Source of the DNA: Oscillospiraceae bacterium
GTDB lineage: Bacteria > Bacillota > Clostridia > Oscillospirales > UBA644
Assembly: GCA_902783255.1 (NCBI GenBank)
Contig: CACZQB010000052.1
Coordinates: 41,389 to 105,388, forward strand
Length of the DNA: 64,000 nucleotides
Direction of reading: 5' to 3'
Both the position numbers and the translations under genes were made by a program. Of this stretch, positions 31,525-39,770 are shown in pieces (the first letter of the stretch is position 1; every line of letters begins with the position of its first letter). Under the pieces are notes generated by a model. The model made no database searches and had not been told where the DNA came from. It worked only from the letters and a program-made list of their open reading frames with translations.

Positions 31525-32439
31525 ATGAAATCGCTTTTAACAATGCAGCAGCTCTCACAGAAAGAGCTTTTTGATATTCTCGATACAGCAACCGAACTGA
31601 AAGCCGAACTGAAAGCCGGAAAAAAACATGAAAAACGCCTTGACGGAATGACACTCGGCATGATATTTCAAAAAAGTTCTACCCGAACACGCGTTTCATT
31701 TGAAGTAGGCATGCAGCAGCTTGGCGGATATCCGCTTTTTTTGTCGGGCAACGATCTGCAGCTGGGCAGAGGAGAATCGATCAAGGATACTGCGCGTGTT
31801 TTCGGCAGATATCTTGACGGCATAATGATCCGTACATTCAAACAGAGCGATGTTGAGGATCTTGCGAAGTATTCCGGTCTGCCTATAATCAACGGTCTGA
31901 CCGATTACTGCCACCCGTGCCAGGTACTTGCTGATCTTCTCACAATAAAAGAGCATAAAGGCGGGTTTAACGGGCTAAAAGCGTGTTATATCGGCGACGG
32001 CAACAATATGGCAAACAGCCTTACCGTAGGATGTCTTCTTTCCGGTATGAGTTTTTCTCTCGCAACCCCCGAAGAGTATAAGCCGTGCGATAATATAATG
32101 AGATTCGGTGAGTCGTACGGCGGCAAATTCTCATGGTCGACCGATATTTTTGAAGCAGCGGATAAAGCCGATGTAATTTTTACGGATGTCTGGGCGAGCA
32201 TGGGACAGGAAGGCGAGGCGGAAATACGCAGAAAGGCTTTCGCCGGCTATTGTGTAGACAAAAAACTGCTTGGCGTTGCGAACAGCGGATGTATGCTGCA
32301 GCATTGTCTTCCCGCGCATAAAGGTGAAGAAATTGCCGAGGATGTGTTTGAAGAACACGCAAACGAGATATTCGACGAGGCAGAAAACAGGCTTCATGCT
32401 CAGAAAGCCGTAATGTGGCTTTGCATGCATAAAAACTGA
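31525..32439 (+). CDS. argF: Ornithine carbamoyltransferase
   Basis: STRTRVSFE carbamoyl-phosphate motif, with HPCQ, DVWASMG and HCLPA. Start at MKSLLTM (RBS aaaggagaa). Confidence 0.93.
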   Translation: MKSLLTMQQLSQKELFDILDTATELKAELKAGKKHEKRLDGMTLGMIFQKSSTRTRVSFEVGMQQLGGYPLFLSGNDLQLGRGESIKDTARVFGRYLDGIMIRTFKQSDVEDLAKYSGLPIINGLTDYCHPCQVLADLLTIKEHKGGFNGLKACYIGDGNNMANSLTVGCLLSGMSFSLATPEEYKPCDNIMRFGESYGGKFSWSTDIFEAADKADVIFTDVWASMGQEGEAEIRRKAFAGYCVDKKLLGVANSGCMLQHCLPAHKGEEIAEDVFEEHANEIFDEAENRLHAQKAVMWLCMHKN

Positions 32440-32617
32440 AAACATTGATATCTGTTTCTAGTAAAGATTATTATTCATTCAAATTATTATAGAATCGGTA
32501 GTAAACCATGGAAAAATATAAAAAATATTACCAGTCATATTCAAATTGTTTTTAAAGAAATAGATGATAATTTTTACAAACAGGAATCAGGATTTGATAA
32601 AATAATTAATTAAACAT

Positions 32618-32666
32618 CAAAAAAGGATCTGTACAGGTTATAGTTCTGTACAGATCCTTTGTTTTC
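32618..32666. terminator. Bidirectional terminator shared by the arg operon and tex
   Basis: 13-bp perfect stem AGGATCTGTACAG / CTGTACAGATCCT with a 9-nt loop, flanked by AAAAAA and TTTGTTTT. Confidence 0.8.
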
Positions 32667-32672
32667 ATATGC

Positions 32673-34820
32673 TTATTTCGTTTTCATTGTAAGCGAAATA
32701 CGTTTTTTTGCCGGGTCAACGCCGAGAACTCTGACTTTAACGATATCTCCGACTTTTACCACTTCGGACGGATGTTTAATATATCTGTCAGCGACCTGCG
32801 AAATATGCACAAGCCCATCCTGATGAACACCTATATCAACAAAAACGCCGAAATCGATCACGTTCCTTACGGTTCCCGTAAACTCCATTCCTTCTTTAAG
32901 GTCGTTTATATCCATAACGTCGGAACGCAGCAGCGGCGGCGGAAGTTCATCTCTTATATCGCGACCTGGTCTGAGTATTTCGGCAACTATATCATTCAGC
33001 GTATCAAGACCTATATTGCACTGATCGGCTGCCTTCTGCTTGCCGTATCTGTCAAGCTTCAGGTTAAGGAGAGTAAGATTTCCTTCTTTGATATCATCCG
33101 GTGTGTATCCGAAAATATCCATCATTTTTCTCGCCGCGTCATACGACTCGGGGTGAACGGCGGTATTGTCGAACGGATCTTCTGCTCCCGGAATACGTAA
33201 AAATCCCGCACATTGTTCAAATGCTTTCGGGCCGAGCTTTTTAACTTTAAGAAAATCTTTTCTTGAACGGAACGGTCCGTTTTCGTTGCGGTAGTCAACA
33301 ATGTTTTTGGCAATGGCGGAATTTATTCCGGCAACATATGAAAGCAGTGACGGAGAGGCTGTATTTATGTCTACTCCAACGGAGTTTACACAGTCTTCAA
33401 CAACGCCTGAAAGTGCGGCGTCGAGCCTTGCCTGAGGCATATCGTGCTGATATTGACCTACGCCTATGCTTTTCGGGTCTATCTTTACAAGCTCCGCAAG
33501 CGGGTCCTGAAGGCGTCTTCCGATAGATACCGCGGAACGCAGCGATACGTCGAATTCCGGGAATTCTTCGGCGCCGAGTTTTGATGCGGAATATACGGAA
33601 GCTCCCGCTTCGTTTACAACCATATATGTTACTTTTCTGTCAAGACCGCGTATTGTATCCGCAATAAATATCTCCGTTTCTTTTGAGGCGGTCCCGTTGC
33701 CTATAGATATACAGTCAACATTGTATTTTGAGATGTATTTTTTTACTTTTTCGGCAGCTTCGGCAACCTTGCTCTGAGGGGGCGTGGGATATATAACATC
33801 CGTCATCAGCACTTTGCCTTTTTCGTCTATAACGCATATTTTACATCCGGTTCTGTAAGCAGGGTCGACCGCAAGCACGGTTTTTCCTTTGACCGGCGGC
33901 TGCATAAGAAGAGGTTTTAAGTTAAGACCGAACATTTTTATCGCCTGCTCGTCGGCTTTTTCGGTAAGATCGCTTCTTGTTTCACGTTCTATTGACGGAA
34001 ATATCAGTCTTTCGTATCCGTCTTTTGCTGCATTTGCAACAAAATCAGATGAGATAGAACCCGGTCTGATGTAAATATCGTTTATTATTTTCAGCGCGCG
34101 ATCTTCCGAAATGCCGATTGAAACGTTGAGCCAATCCTCTTTTTCTCCGCGGTTGATCGCAAGTATACGATGGCTCGGCACTGTTTTTACCGGTTCGGAA
34201 TAATCGTAATACATCGAATAAACCGAGTCGCCTTCCTTTGCCTGCTTTGAAACTATAAGCGCTTCCTTGTGTATAAGCTCCTTCAGCTCTTTTCTTATTT
34301 CAGGATCGTCCGATATCGTCTCAGCAATGATGTCAGAAGCGCCGTCAAGAGCGTCCTGCGCCGTTTCAACGCCTTTTTCGGAGTCGATATATTCTTCTGC
34401 CAGCTCAAACAGGTCTCCGGATGTGAGTGATTGTTCAAGCAAAAGCTGAGCGAGAGGTTCAAGACCTTTTTCCTTGGCAATCGAAGCTCTTGTTCTCTTT
34501 TTCTGCTTGAAAGGACGGTATATATCTTCAACTGCGGAAAGTGTCTGAGCCTCGGCAAGAGACGCTGCTATTTCGTCCGTCATTTTTTCCTGTGACTGAA
34601 TACTGTCGTAAACCTCCTGCTTTCTTTTTTCGAGATTTCTCAGATATTCAAGTCTGTCGGCAATTTCTCTCAGTACCTGGTCATCGCAGTGACCCGTCAT
34701 CTCTTTTCTGTATCTCGCGATAAACGGGATCGTGTTGCCGTCGTCAATAAGAGCGACGATATTTTCGAGATTTTCTTTTTTTATCTTGAATTCGGCGCAA
34801 AGTATTTCGTTTATGTTCAT
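32673..34820 (-). CDS. tex: Tex-family transcription accessory protein (YqgF/HhH/S1 domains)
   Basis: 715 aa. N-terminus IPFIARYRKE, YqgF-like core, and a C-terminal S1 domain (G.V..V.DFG.FVDIG...DGLVHIS). Confidence 0.93.
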   Translation of the reverse strand: MNINEILCAEFKIKKENLENIVALIDDGNTIPFIARYRKEMTGHCDDQVLREIADRLEYLRNLEKRKQEVYDSIQSQEKMTDEIAASLAEAQTLSAVEDIYRPFKQKKRTRASIAKEKGLEPLAQLLLEQSLTSGDLFELAEEYIDSEKGVETAQDALDGASDIIAETISDDPEIRKELKELIHKEALIVSKQAKEGDSVYSMYYDYSEPVKTVPSHRILAINRGEKEDWLNVSIGISEDRALKIINDIYIRPGSISSDFVANAAKDGYERLIFPSIERETRSDLTEKADEQAIKMFGLNLKPLLMQPPVKGKTVLAVDPAYRTGCKICVIDEKGKVLMTDVIYPTPPQSKVAEAAEKVKKYISKYNVDCISIGNGTASKETEIFIADTIRGLDRKVTYMVVNEAGASVYSASKLGAEEFPEFDVSLRSAVSIGRRLQDPLAELVKIDPKSIGVGQYQHDMPQARLDAALSGVVEDCVNSVGVDINTASPSLLSYVAGINSAIAKNIVDYRNENGPFRSRKDFLKVKKLGPKAFEQCAGFLRIPGAEDPFDNTAVHPESYDAARKMMDIFGYTPDDIKEGNLTLLNLKLDRYGKQKAADQCNIGLDTLNDIVAEILRPGRDIRDELPPPLLRSDVMDINDLKEGMEFTGTVRNVIDFGVFVDIGVHQDGLVHISQVADRYIKHPSEVVKVGDIVKVRVLGVDPAKKRISLTMKTK

Positions 34821-34873
34821 TATTCTCTTCCCTTCCGTTCAGTTATCTGTTTGTTGGTTTATTCATAACGGTA

Positions 34874-35686
34874 TCATATCCGCAAAAGTTTTTCGGCGTT
34901 TTTATGAAGAATGTTCTCTTTTTCTTCGTCGGATATCGGCAGTGAAAGAAGTTTCTGTCGTTCCTTTCCCGAGTCGCTCCACGGCGAATCAGTGCCGAAA
35001 AGTATCTTATCCGATCCGTGTTTTTTCAATATCCGCAAAAACTGCTCTGCGGAATACATTTCAAACCCCATTGAAGTATCTATGTATATATCGGTTCCCG
35101 CAATGTATTCTTCAACATCGTTCCACATCGACTGTCCGCCCAGATGCGCGGCGATCATCGTTCCGCCTCCGAGCTGCTTTCTTATATTCGCAAACATTTT
35201 CGGCGTAGCGCGAAACGGAGGATCATATGCCGGATCGAAGCCCGCGTGATGAAGGATTATCAGCCCTTTTGAAAATGCGTAATCGTATATTTTAAGCATA
35301 TCAGGCGAGTCCGCAATAAAATCCTGACATTCAGCGTGAAGTTTTATTCCGGGGAGACCGAGCGATACAACATAGTCTATATCGCGTTTATAGTCGTCTG
35401 TATGCGGATAGATACCCCCGAACGCCTTTACTCTGCCGTCGGTTATTTCCGCAGAAAAAGCGTTGGTTTTTACTGTTTGCGACTGTTTTGTGATTACCGG
35501 CATCACTACCGATATATCTATTCCCGATCTGTCCATAAATTTTATCAGACCGCTTTTTGTTCCGTCTGTATGCGGCGTGTAAAGATGTTTGCCGCTTTCA
35601 ACAAGTGCTGCAAGAGCACGGGGCGCAAGTGTATCGGGAAAAATATGCGTATGGAAATCAATGCACTTTATGCTTGTCATTGGCAT
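34874..35686 (-). CDS. Amidohydrolase-2 family TIM-barrel metal-dependent hydrolase
   Basis: IDFHTHIFPD metal-binding opening, with later H and D ligands (HAGF, FGTDSPW). Confidence 0.8.
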   Translation of the reverse strand: MPMTSIKCIDFHTHIFPDTLAPRALAALVESGKHLYTPHTDGTKSGLIKFMDRSGIDISVVMPVITKQSQTVKTNAFSAEITDGRVKAFGGIYPHTDDYKRDIDYVVSLGLPGIKLHAECQDFIADSPDMLKIYDYAFSKGLIILHHAGFDPAYDPPFRATPKMFANIRKQLGGGTMIAAHLGGQSMWNDVEEYIAGTDIYIDTSMGFEMYSAEQFLRILKKHGSDKILFGTDSPWSDSGKERQKLLSLPISDEEKENILHKNAEKLLRI

Positions 35687-35713
35687 CTCCTTTAAAACAG
35701 TATTTGCGATGAT

Positions 35714-36184
35714 TTACGGTTCATCTGCGCTGAGGTCATCGCTGTCTGTAAGCAGATCTTCGTTTGAAACGGCATTGCCGCCTATTTTATCGCATGTGAT
35801 ATTCCCCGCGCATCTTGCATTGCCTATTATGTTTTGACATTCAATGTTGCCGCCGCATGAAACGTTGCCGAGTATGTTTTCGCATTCGATACTGCCGCAG
35901 CATTCTGCCGCTTCAAGAGTTTGTCCGATAAGATCAACGGAAAATTCATATTGCCTGTAAGCTTCTTTAGCGTCTATTATTTCATGACCGCGAAAAGCGG
36001 CTATGCGAAGTTTTCCGTCATCTGCCCATGGAATGGCCGCGCATGTTTCACAGGATTTACTGTCGCACTTATCTTTCTGACTTTCTTTTATAATCATGTC
36101 GTTCAGAATCAGTGCGGCTTCTATTTCTGTGTAAATTCCTTTTTTTATGTGATCAAAAAGCAAAAGGATATCGGCAGTATACAT
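35714..36184 (-). CDS. Hypothetical protein with C-terminal Gly-Asn/Cys ladder repeats
   Basis: Start at MYTADI (RBS gggagg 6 nt upstream). The C-terminal tract GSIECENILGNVSCGGNIECQNIIGNARCAGNITCDKIGGNAVS has a regular 7-8 residue periodicity. Acidic tail. Confidence 0.65.
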   Translation of the reverse strand: MYTADILLLFDHIKKGIYTEIEAALILNDMIIKESQKDKCDSKSCETCAAIPWADDGKLRIAAFRGHEIIDAKEAYRQYEFSVDLIGQTLEAAECCGSIECENILGNVSCGGNIECQNIIGNARCAGNITCDKIGGNAVSNEDLLTDSDDLSADEP

Positions 36185-36259
36185 GCAATACCTCCCGTTG
36201 AAATGCATAGGTTCCGTTCACAAAAAGACGGTGATCGCAAATTGTTTGCATATGAAAGA

Positions 36260-36288
36260 ATTTTATCATTTTTATGCGAATTTGTCAA
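36260..36288 (-). promoter_or_regulatory. Sigma-A-type promoter for the Cys-ladder protein / amidohydrolase / tex unit
   Basis: Reverse strand TTGACA (36283-36288), 17 nt spacer, TAAAAT (36260-36265). Confidence 0.55.
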
Positions 36289-36389
36289 TAAGAATTTTAC
36301 ACATCTCCGTAAGAAAATGCCGCACGTATCTCAAACGGTATTAAAATATTATGATTTGTCAAAAAAAGTATTACATTTTCTGAAAAGTA

Positions 36390-36417
36390 TTGACAAACTC
36401 TTAATTTGTGTTATTAT
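36390..36417 (+). promoter_or_regulatory. Sigma-A-type promoter for potABC
   Basis: TTGACA (36390-36395), 16 nt spacer, TATTAT (36412-36417) with TGt extended -10. An 85-nt leader with two short hairpins follows. Confidence 0.5.
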
Positions 36418-36502
36418 TATACTCAAGTATTCCGTGAAGTCGTTATCGACGGAAAAAAGTGGGATACAGAGACCGTTCGGGGCTCTGAAGGGAGATAGAT
36501 AG

Positions 36503-37618
36503 ATGGCAGAAAGCATCATTCGACTGGAAAACATTTCAGTCGCACTTGGTGGAGAACAGATTTTAAAGAATTTAAATCTTAATATCAACGACAAGGAATT
36601 TGTAACATTGCTCGGTCCAAGCGGATGCGGGAAGACTACCACTTTGCGCATTATCGGCGGTTTTCAGCGTCAGGACAGCGGCAATGTTTTCTTTGCAAAT
36701 GAGATAATTAACGATTTGCCTCCTTACAAACGCAATGTAAATACGGTTTTTCAGAAATATGCGCTTTTTCCCCATCTTAACGTATTCGGAAACATCGCTT
36801 ACGGACTGCATATGCAGAAGGTTCCGAAAGAAGAAAGAAAAAAGCGTAAACAGGAAATAAAAAAGAGTGTTGAAGAAATGCTTGCGCTTGTAAATCTTCG
36901 CGGTTTTGAAAACAGAGACATAATGTCTTTATCCGGCGGTCAGCAGCAGCGTGTTGCGATAGCGCGAGCGCTTATCAACAAGCCTCACGTTCTGCTGCTT
37001 GACGAACCTCTCGGAGCTTTGGACCTTAAGCTTCGTAAGGAAATGCAGATAGAGCTTAAAAATATACAGATCAAAACGGGCATCACATTTATATACGTCA
37101 CTCATGACCAGGAAGAGGCGCTGACGATGTCCGATACAGTCGTTGTAATGAAAGGCGGGGAGATTCAGCAGATAGGAACTCCTCAGGATATTTACAACGA
37201 GCCGAAAAACGCTTTTGTCGCCGATTTTATCGGTGAAAGCAATATTCTTCCGGGCGTTATGCTCGAAGACTACCGCGTTGAAATCTGCGGCAGACTTTTT
37301 GAGTGCGTAGACAAGGGGTTTGAAGACAACGAAAAGGTCGGTGTGGTCGTTCGTCCCGAAGATATTGAGATCAAATCCGAAAGCGAAGGATTTTTGACAG
37401 GCGTTGTAAAATCCTGCGTATTTAAGGGTGTTCATTATGAAATGACAATAGAACAGATCAACTACCCTTACACCTGGCTTGTTCATTCAACAGATGCCGC
37501 CGAAATCGGCGAAACCGTGGGAATGTGCTTTTATCCCAACGATATCCATGTAATGAAGGGCGAGGATATAGACTACAGTTATTTCAGCAATGTGCCTGAG
37601 GAGGATACGGAAGAATGA
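36503..37618 (+). CDS. potA: Spermidine/putrescine ABC transporter ATP-binding protein
   Basis: Walker [10 protein letters not shown], signature [15 protein letters not shown], Walker B LLLDEPL, C-terminal TOBE-like domain, and PotA-type FQ.YALFPH. Confidence 0.92.
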   Translation: MAESIIRLENISVALGGEQILKNLNLNINDKEFVTLLGPSGCGKTTTLRIIGGFQRQDSGNVFFANEIINDLPPYKRNVNTVFQKYALFPHLNVFGNIAYGLHMQKVPKEERKKRKQEIKKSVEEMLALVNLRGFENRDIMSLSGGQQQRVAIARALINKPHVLLLDEPLGALDLKLRKEMQIELKNIQIKTGITFIYVTHDQEEALTMSDTVVVMKGGEIQQIGTPQDIYNEPKNAFVADFIGESNILPGVMLEDYRVEICGRLFECVDKGFEDNEKVGVVVRPEDIEIKSESEGFLTGVVKSCVFKGVHYEMTIEQINYPYTWLVHSTDAAEIGETVGMCFYPNDIHVMKGEDIDYSYFSNVPEEDTEE

Positions 37619-38736
37619 AACCGTTTCCGAAATTCAGGCTGAAGCGCAGCGTTTTTGCGTATCCGTATGTCGTATTTGCGATCATTTTTCTTGTATCGCC
37701 GCTTGTTCTCGTCATTTTCTACTCACTTACGCGCGAGATCGATAATTACTCCGTTAATAAAAGCTCTGTCAATTCGCCCGAGGTGATCATTGATAACCTT
37801 GATTTCATAGGTTACGAAGAAGATCCCGTTCTTTCTCAGGTAGGCACATATTATTACGACGGCGAAACTCTTACCGTTATAAATTACAGAGAACGACATC
37901 CCGAAACATACAGGATCTTTTTCGAAAATGAAAAGATCTCGCTTATTGAGGAATATGAAGGAGATACGCTTATCGATGCGGATCTGAAAGATGTCAAATT
38001 CCTCAACAGACTGAAAGGTGTCTATTTTACGATAGACAATTTCGTTAAATTCTTTAATACGGGCGACTATATGAAGGTCTTTCTGAGGTCGCTCTATATA
38101 GCGTTTATGTCAACGCTTTTCTGCCTTATCATAGGCTTTCCCACGGCATATGTCCTTTCCAAAATGAAAGAAAGAACAAGAAATATCGTTTCGGTAATGT
38201 TTCTTTTGCCGATGTGGATCAACTTTCTGCTCAGAACTTATGCATGGAGAACACTGATTGAAAAAACCGGTATCATAAATACTGTTCTTGAGTCTGTAGG
38301 TCTTCCCGCACAGAATCTTATGTATACACAGGGCGCCGTCATTCTTGTTATGGTTTATGACTTTCTGCCGTTTATGATACTGCCTATTTACAATACTCTT
38401 ATTAAGATAGACAGATCTGTTATCGAGGCGTCATACGACCTCGGCGCAAATCATTACCGCACTCTTTTCAGAGTGATCTTTCCTCTTGCTCTTCCGGGTA
38501 TTTCAAGCGGCGTTACAATGACGTTCGTTCCTGCGATAACGGCATTTGCCATTTCAAAAATTATGGGCGGCACACAGTGCGCTACGATAGGTGAAACAAT
38601 AGAACGCGAATTCAGCACGGATATGTGGTTTGGCTCGGCAATGTCAGTTATAATAATGGTGCTTATGCTTGCATCCATGTTCCTTATTGCCGGCGGAGAC
38701 AACGATGGCGAAAATATCGGAGGTGGCTTGCTGTGA
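37615..38736 (+). CDS. potB: Spermidine/putrescine ABC permease with about 95-aa extracytoplasmic insertion
   Basis: ATGA overlap with potA. Permease core with the EAA-type loop ([18 protein letters not shown]). At 373 aa it is longer than the roughly 275-285 aa I recall for PotB; the extra segment follows TM1. Confidence 0.88.
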   Translation: MKPFPKFRLKRSVFAYPYVVFAIIFLVSPLVLVIFYSLTREIDNYSVNKSSVNSPEVIIDNLDFIGYEEDPVLSQVGTYYYDGETLTVINYRERHPETYRIFFENEKISLIEEYEGDTLIDADLKDVKFLNRLKGVYFTIDNFVKFFNTGDYMKVFLRSLYIAFMSTLFCLIIGFPTAYVLSKMKERTRNIVSVMFLLPMWINFLLRTYAWRTLIEKTGIINTVLESVGLPAQNLMYTQGAVILVMVYDFLPFMILPIYNTLIKIDRSVIEASYDLGANHYRTLFRVIFPLALPGISSGVTMTFVPAITAFAISKIMGGTQCATIGETIEREFSTDMWFGSAMSVIIMVLMLASMFLIAGGDNDGENIGGGLL

Positions 38737-39602
38737 CGGATATTATCTATATAGCTCTGATCGCCATTCCGGTCCTGATCGCGCTTGTTCTCGTATTCGG
38801 AAGTCCGAAGCGAAAGATCACAAAGGTGTCGCGCATAATATATCTTACCGCGATTTTTGTGTTCACGTATCTGCCGATATTCGTGCTTATCGTTTTTTCT
38901 TTCAACTCCGGCCGTTCTACCGGCGTATGGGAAGGTTTTTCTCTGAAATGGTATGAAGAGCTTATAAACGATGCTCGCATTCAGGCGGCGTTGCTTACAA
39001 CAATAATCGTCGCTCTTTCCTCCGCCGTTATATCAACCGTTTTCGGCACGGTATCGGCGATCGGTATTTTCTATATGAAGAAAATGCCGAAAAACATAAT
39101 AATGAATATAACGAATATTCCCATACTCAACGCGGATATCATCACCGGCGTATCCCTCCTTCTTCTTTACAATATATTGGGTATAGACCTTGGATACGCT
39201 TCGCTGATAATAGCGCATATTTCCTTTAATATCCCGTATGTTATACTTTCCGTTATGCCGAAACTCAAACAAATGGATAACAATATCTATGAGGCGGCTC
39301 TCGATCTCGGCGCAACGCCCACAAAGGCGCTTGTAAACGTTATCGTTCCTCAGATAATGCCCGGCATCGTCTCGGGTTTTCTGCTTGCGCTCACGATGTC
39401 CATGGATGATTTCGTAATAAGCCTTTTCACTAGCGGGCCTGTTGTATCAACGCTTTCTCTTGAAATATATTCAATGACAAAACGCGGTATCACGCCCGAA
39501 ATAAACGCACTTTCAACGATAATTTTTGTGATCGTTATTGCCGTTCTCCTGATTTCCAATCTGAAAAATCCACAGGCAGACAAAAAAAAGCGCAGAGCGT
39601 AA
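38733..39602 (+). CDS. potC: Spermidine/putrescine ABC permease
   Basis: GTG start in a GTGA overlap with the potB stop. EAA loop YEAALDLGATPTKALVNVI.P, and PotC-like SFN....W.GFSLKWY. Confidence 0.85.
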   Translation: MTDIIYIALIAIPVLIALVLVFGSPKRKITKVSRIIYLTAIFVFTYLPIFVLIVFSFNSGRSTGVWEGFSLKWYEELINDARIQAALLTTIIVALSSAVISTVFGTVSAIGIFYMKKMPKNIIMNITNIPILNADIITGVSLLLLYNILGIDLGYASLIIAHISFNIPYVILSVMPKLKQMDNNIYEAALDLGATPTKALVNVIVPQIMPGIVSGFLLALTMSMDDFVISLFTSGPVVSTLSLEIYSMTKRGITPEINALSTIIFVIVIAVLLISNLKNPQADKKKRRA

Positions 39603-39611
39603 TTATGATTT

Positions 39612-39630
39612 TTTGTGCAAAATGCACAAA
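39612..39630 (+). terminator. Short stem-loop after potC (weak terminator or protein-binding palindrome)
   Basis: TTTGTGCA-aaa-TGCACAAA: 8-bp stem, 3-nt loop. The T-rich stretch comes only about 10 nt later. Confidence 0.3.
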
Positions 39631-39695
39631 TATGTTTCGTGTTTTTACGACAAATTGCATGCAACGGAAAAAAGTTTTAACTTTCCCGTAAGTTG

Positions 39696-39724
39696 TTGAA
39701 ATATCCGAAAAAAAGTGATATAAT
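39696..39724 (+). promoter_or_regulatory. Sigma-A-type promoter for the ABC exporter / small partner module
   Basis: TTGAAA (39696-39701), 17 nt spacer, TATAAT (39719-39724) with TGa extended -10. Confidence 0.55.
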
Positions 39725-39770
39725 CTCGGTAATTTCGTTTTAAAAACGCTGAAGCCTCAAGGAGTCCATT

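Noticed and set aside
32449-32613. A very AT-rich spacer after argF contains a 54-codon stop-to-stop open frame (…WKNIKNITSHIQIVFKEIDDNFYKQESGFDKIIN) in the argF frame, plus a 15-codon ATG ORF (MEKYKKYYQSYSNCF, 32508-32555).
   Set aside because: The long frame has no ATG/GTG/TTG start, and neither frame has an RBS or promoter. It may be the relic of the 3' end of a lost AT-rich gene, but I cannot support it as a feature.
36418-36502. The 85-nt potA leader has two short hairpins (CCGT..TCG-ttat-CGA..CGG and CAGAGaCC-gttc-GGgGCTCTG). I considered a polyamine-responsive riboswitch or attenuator.
   Set aside because: It has no resemblance to any riboswitch class I can recall and no terminator-like T-run after either hairpin. 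The evidence is too thin.
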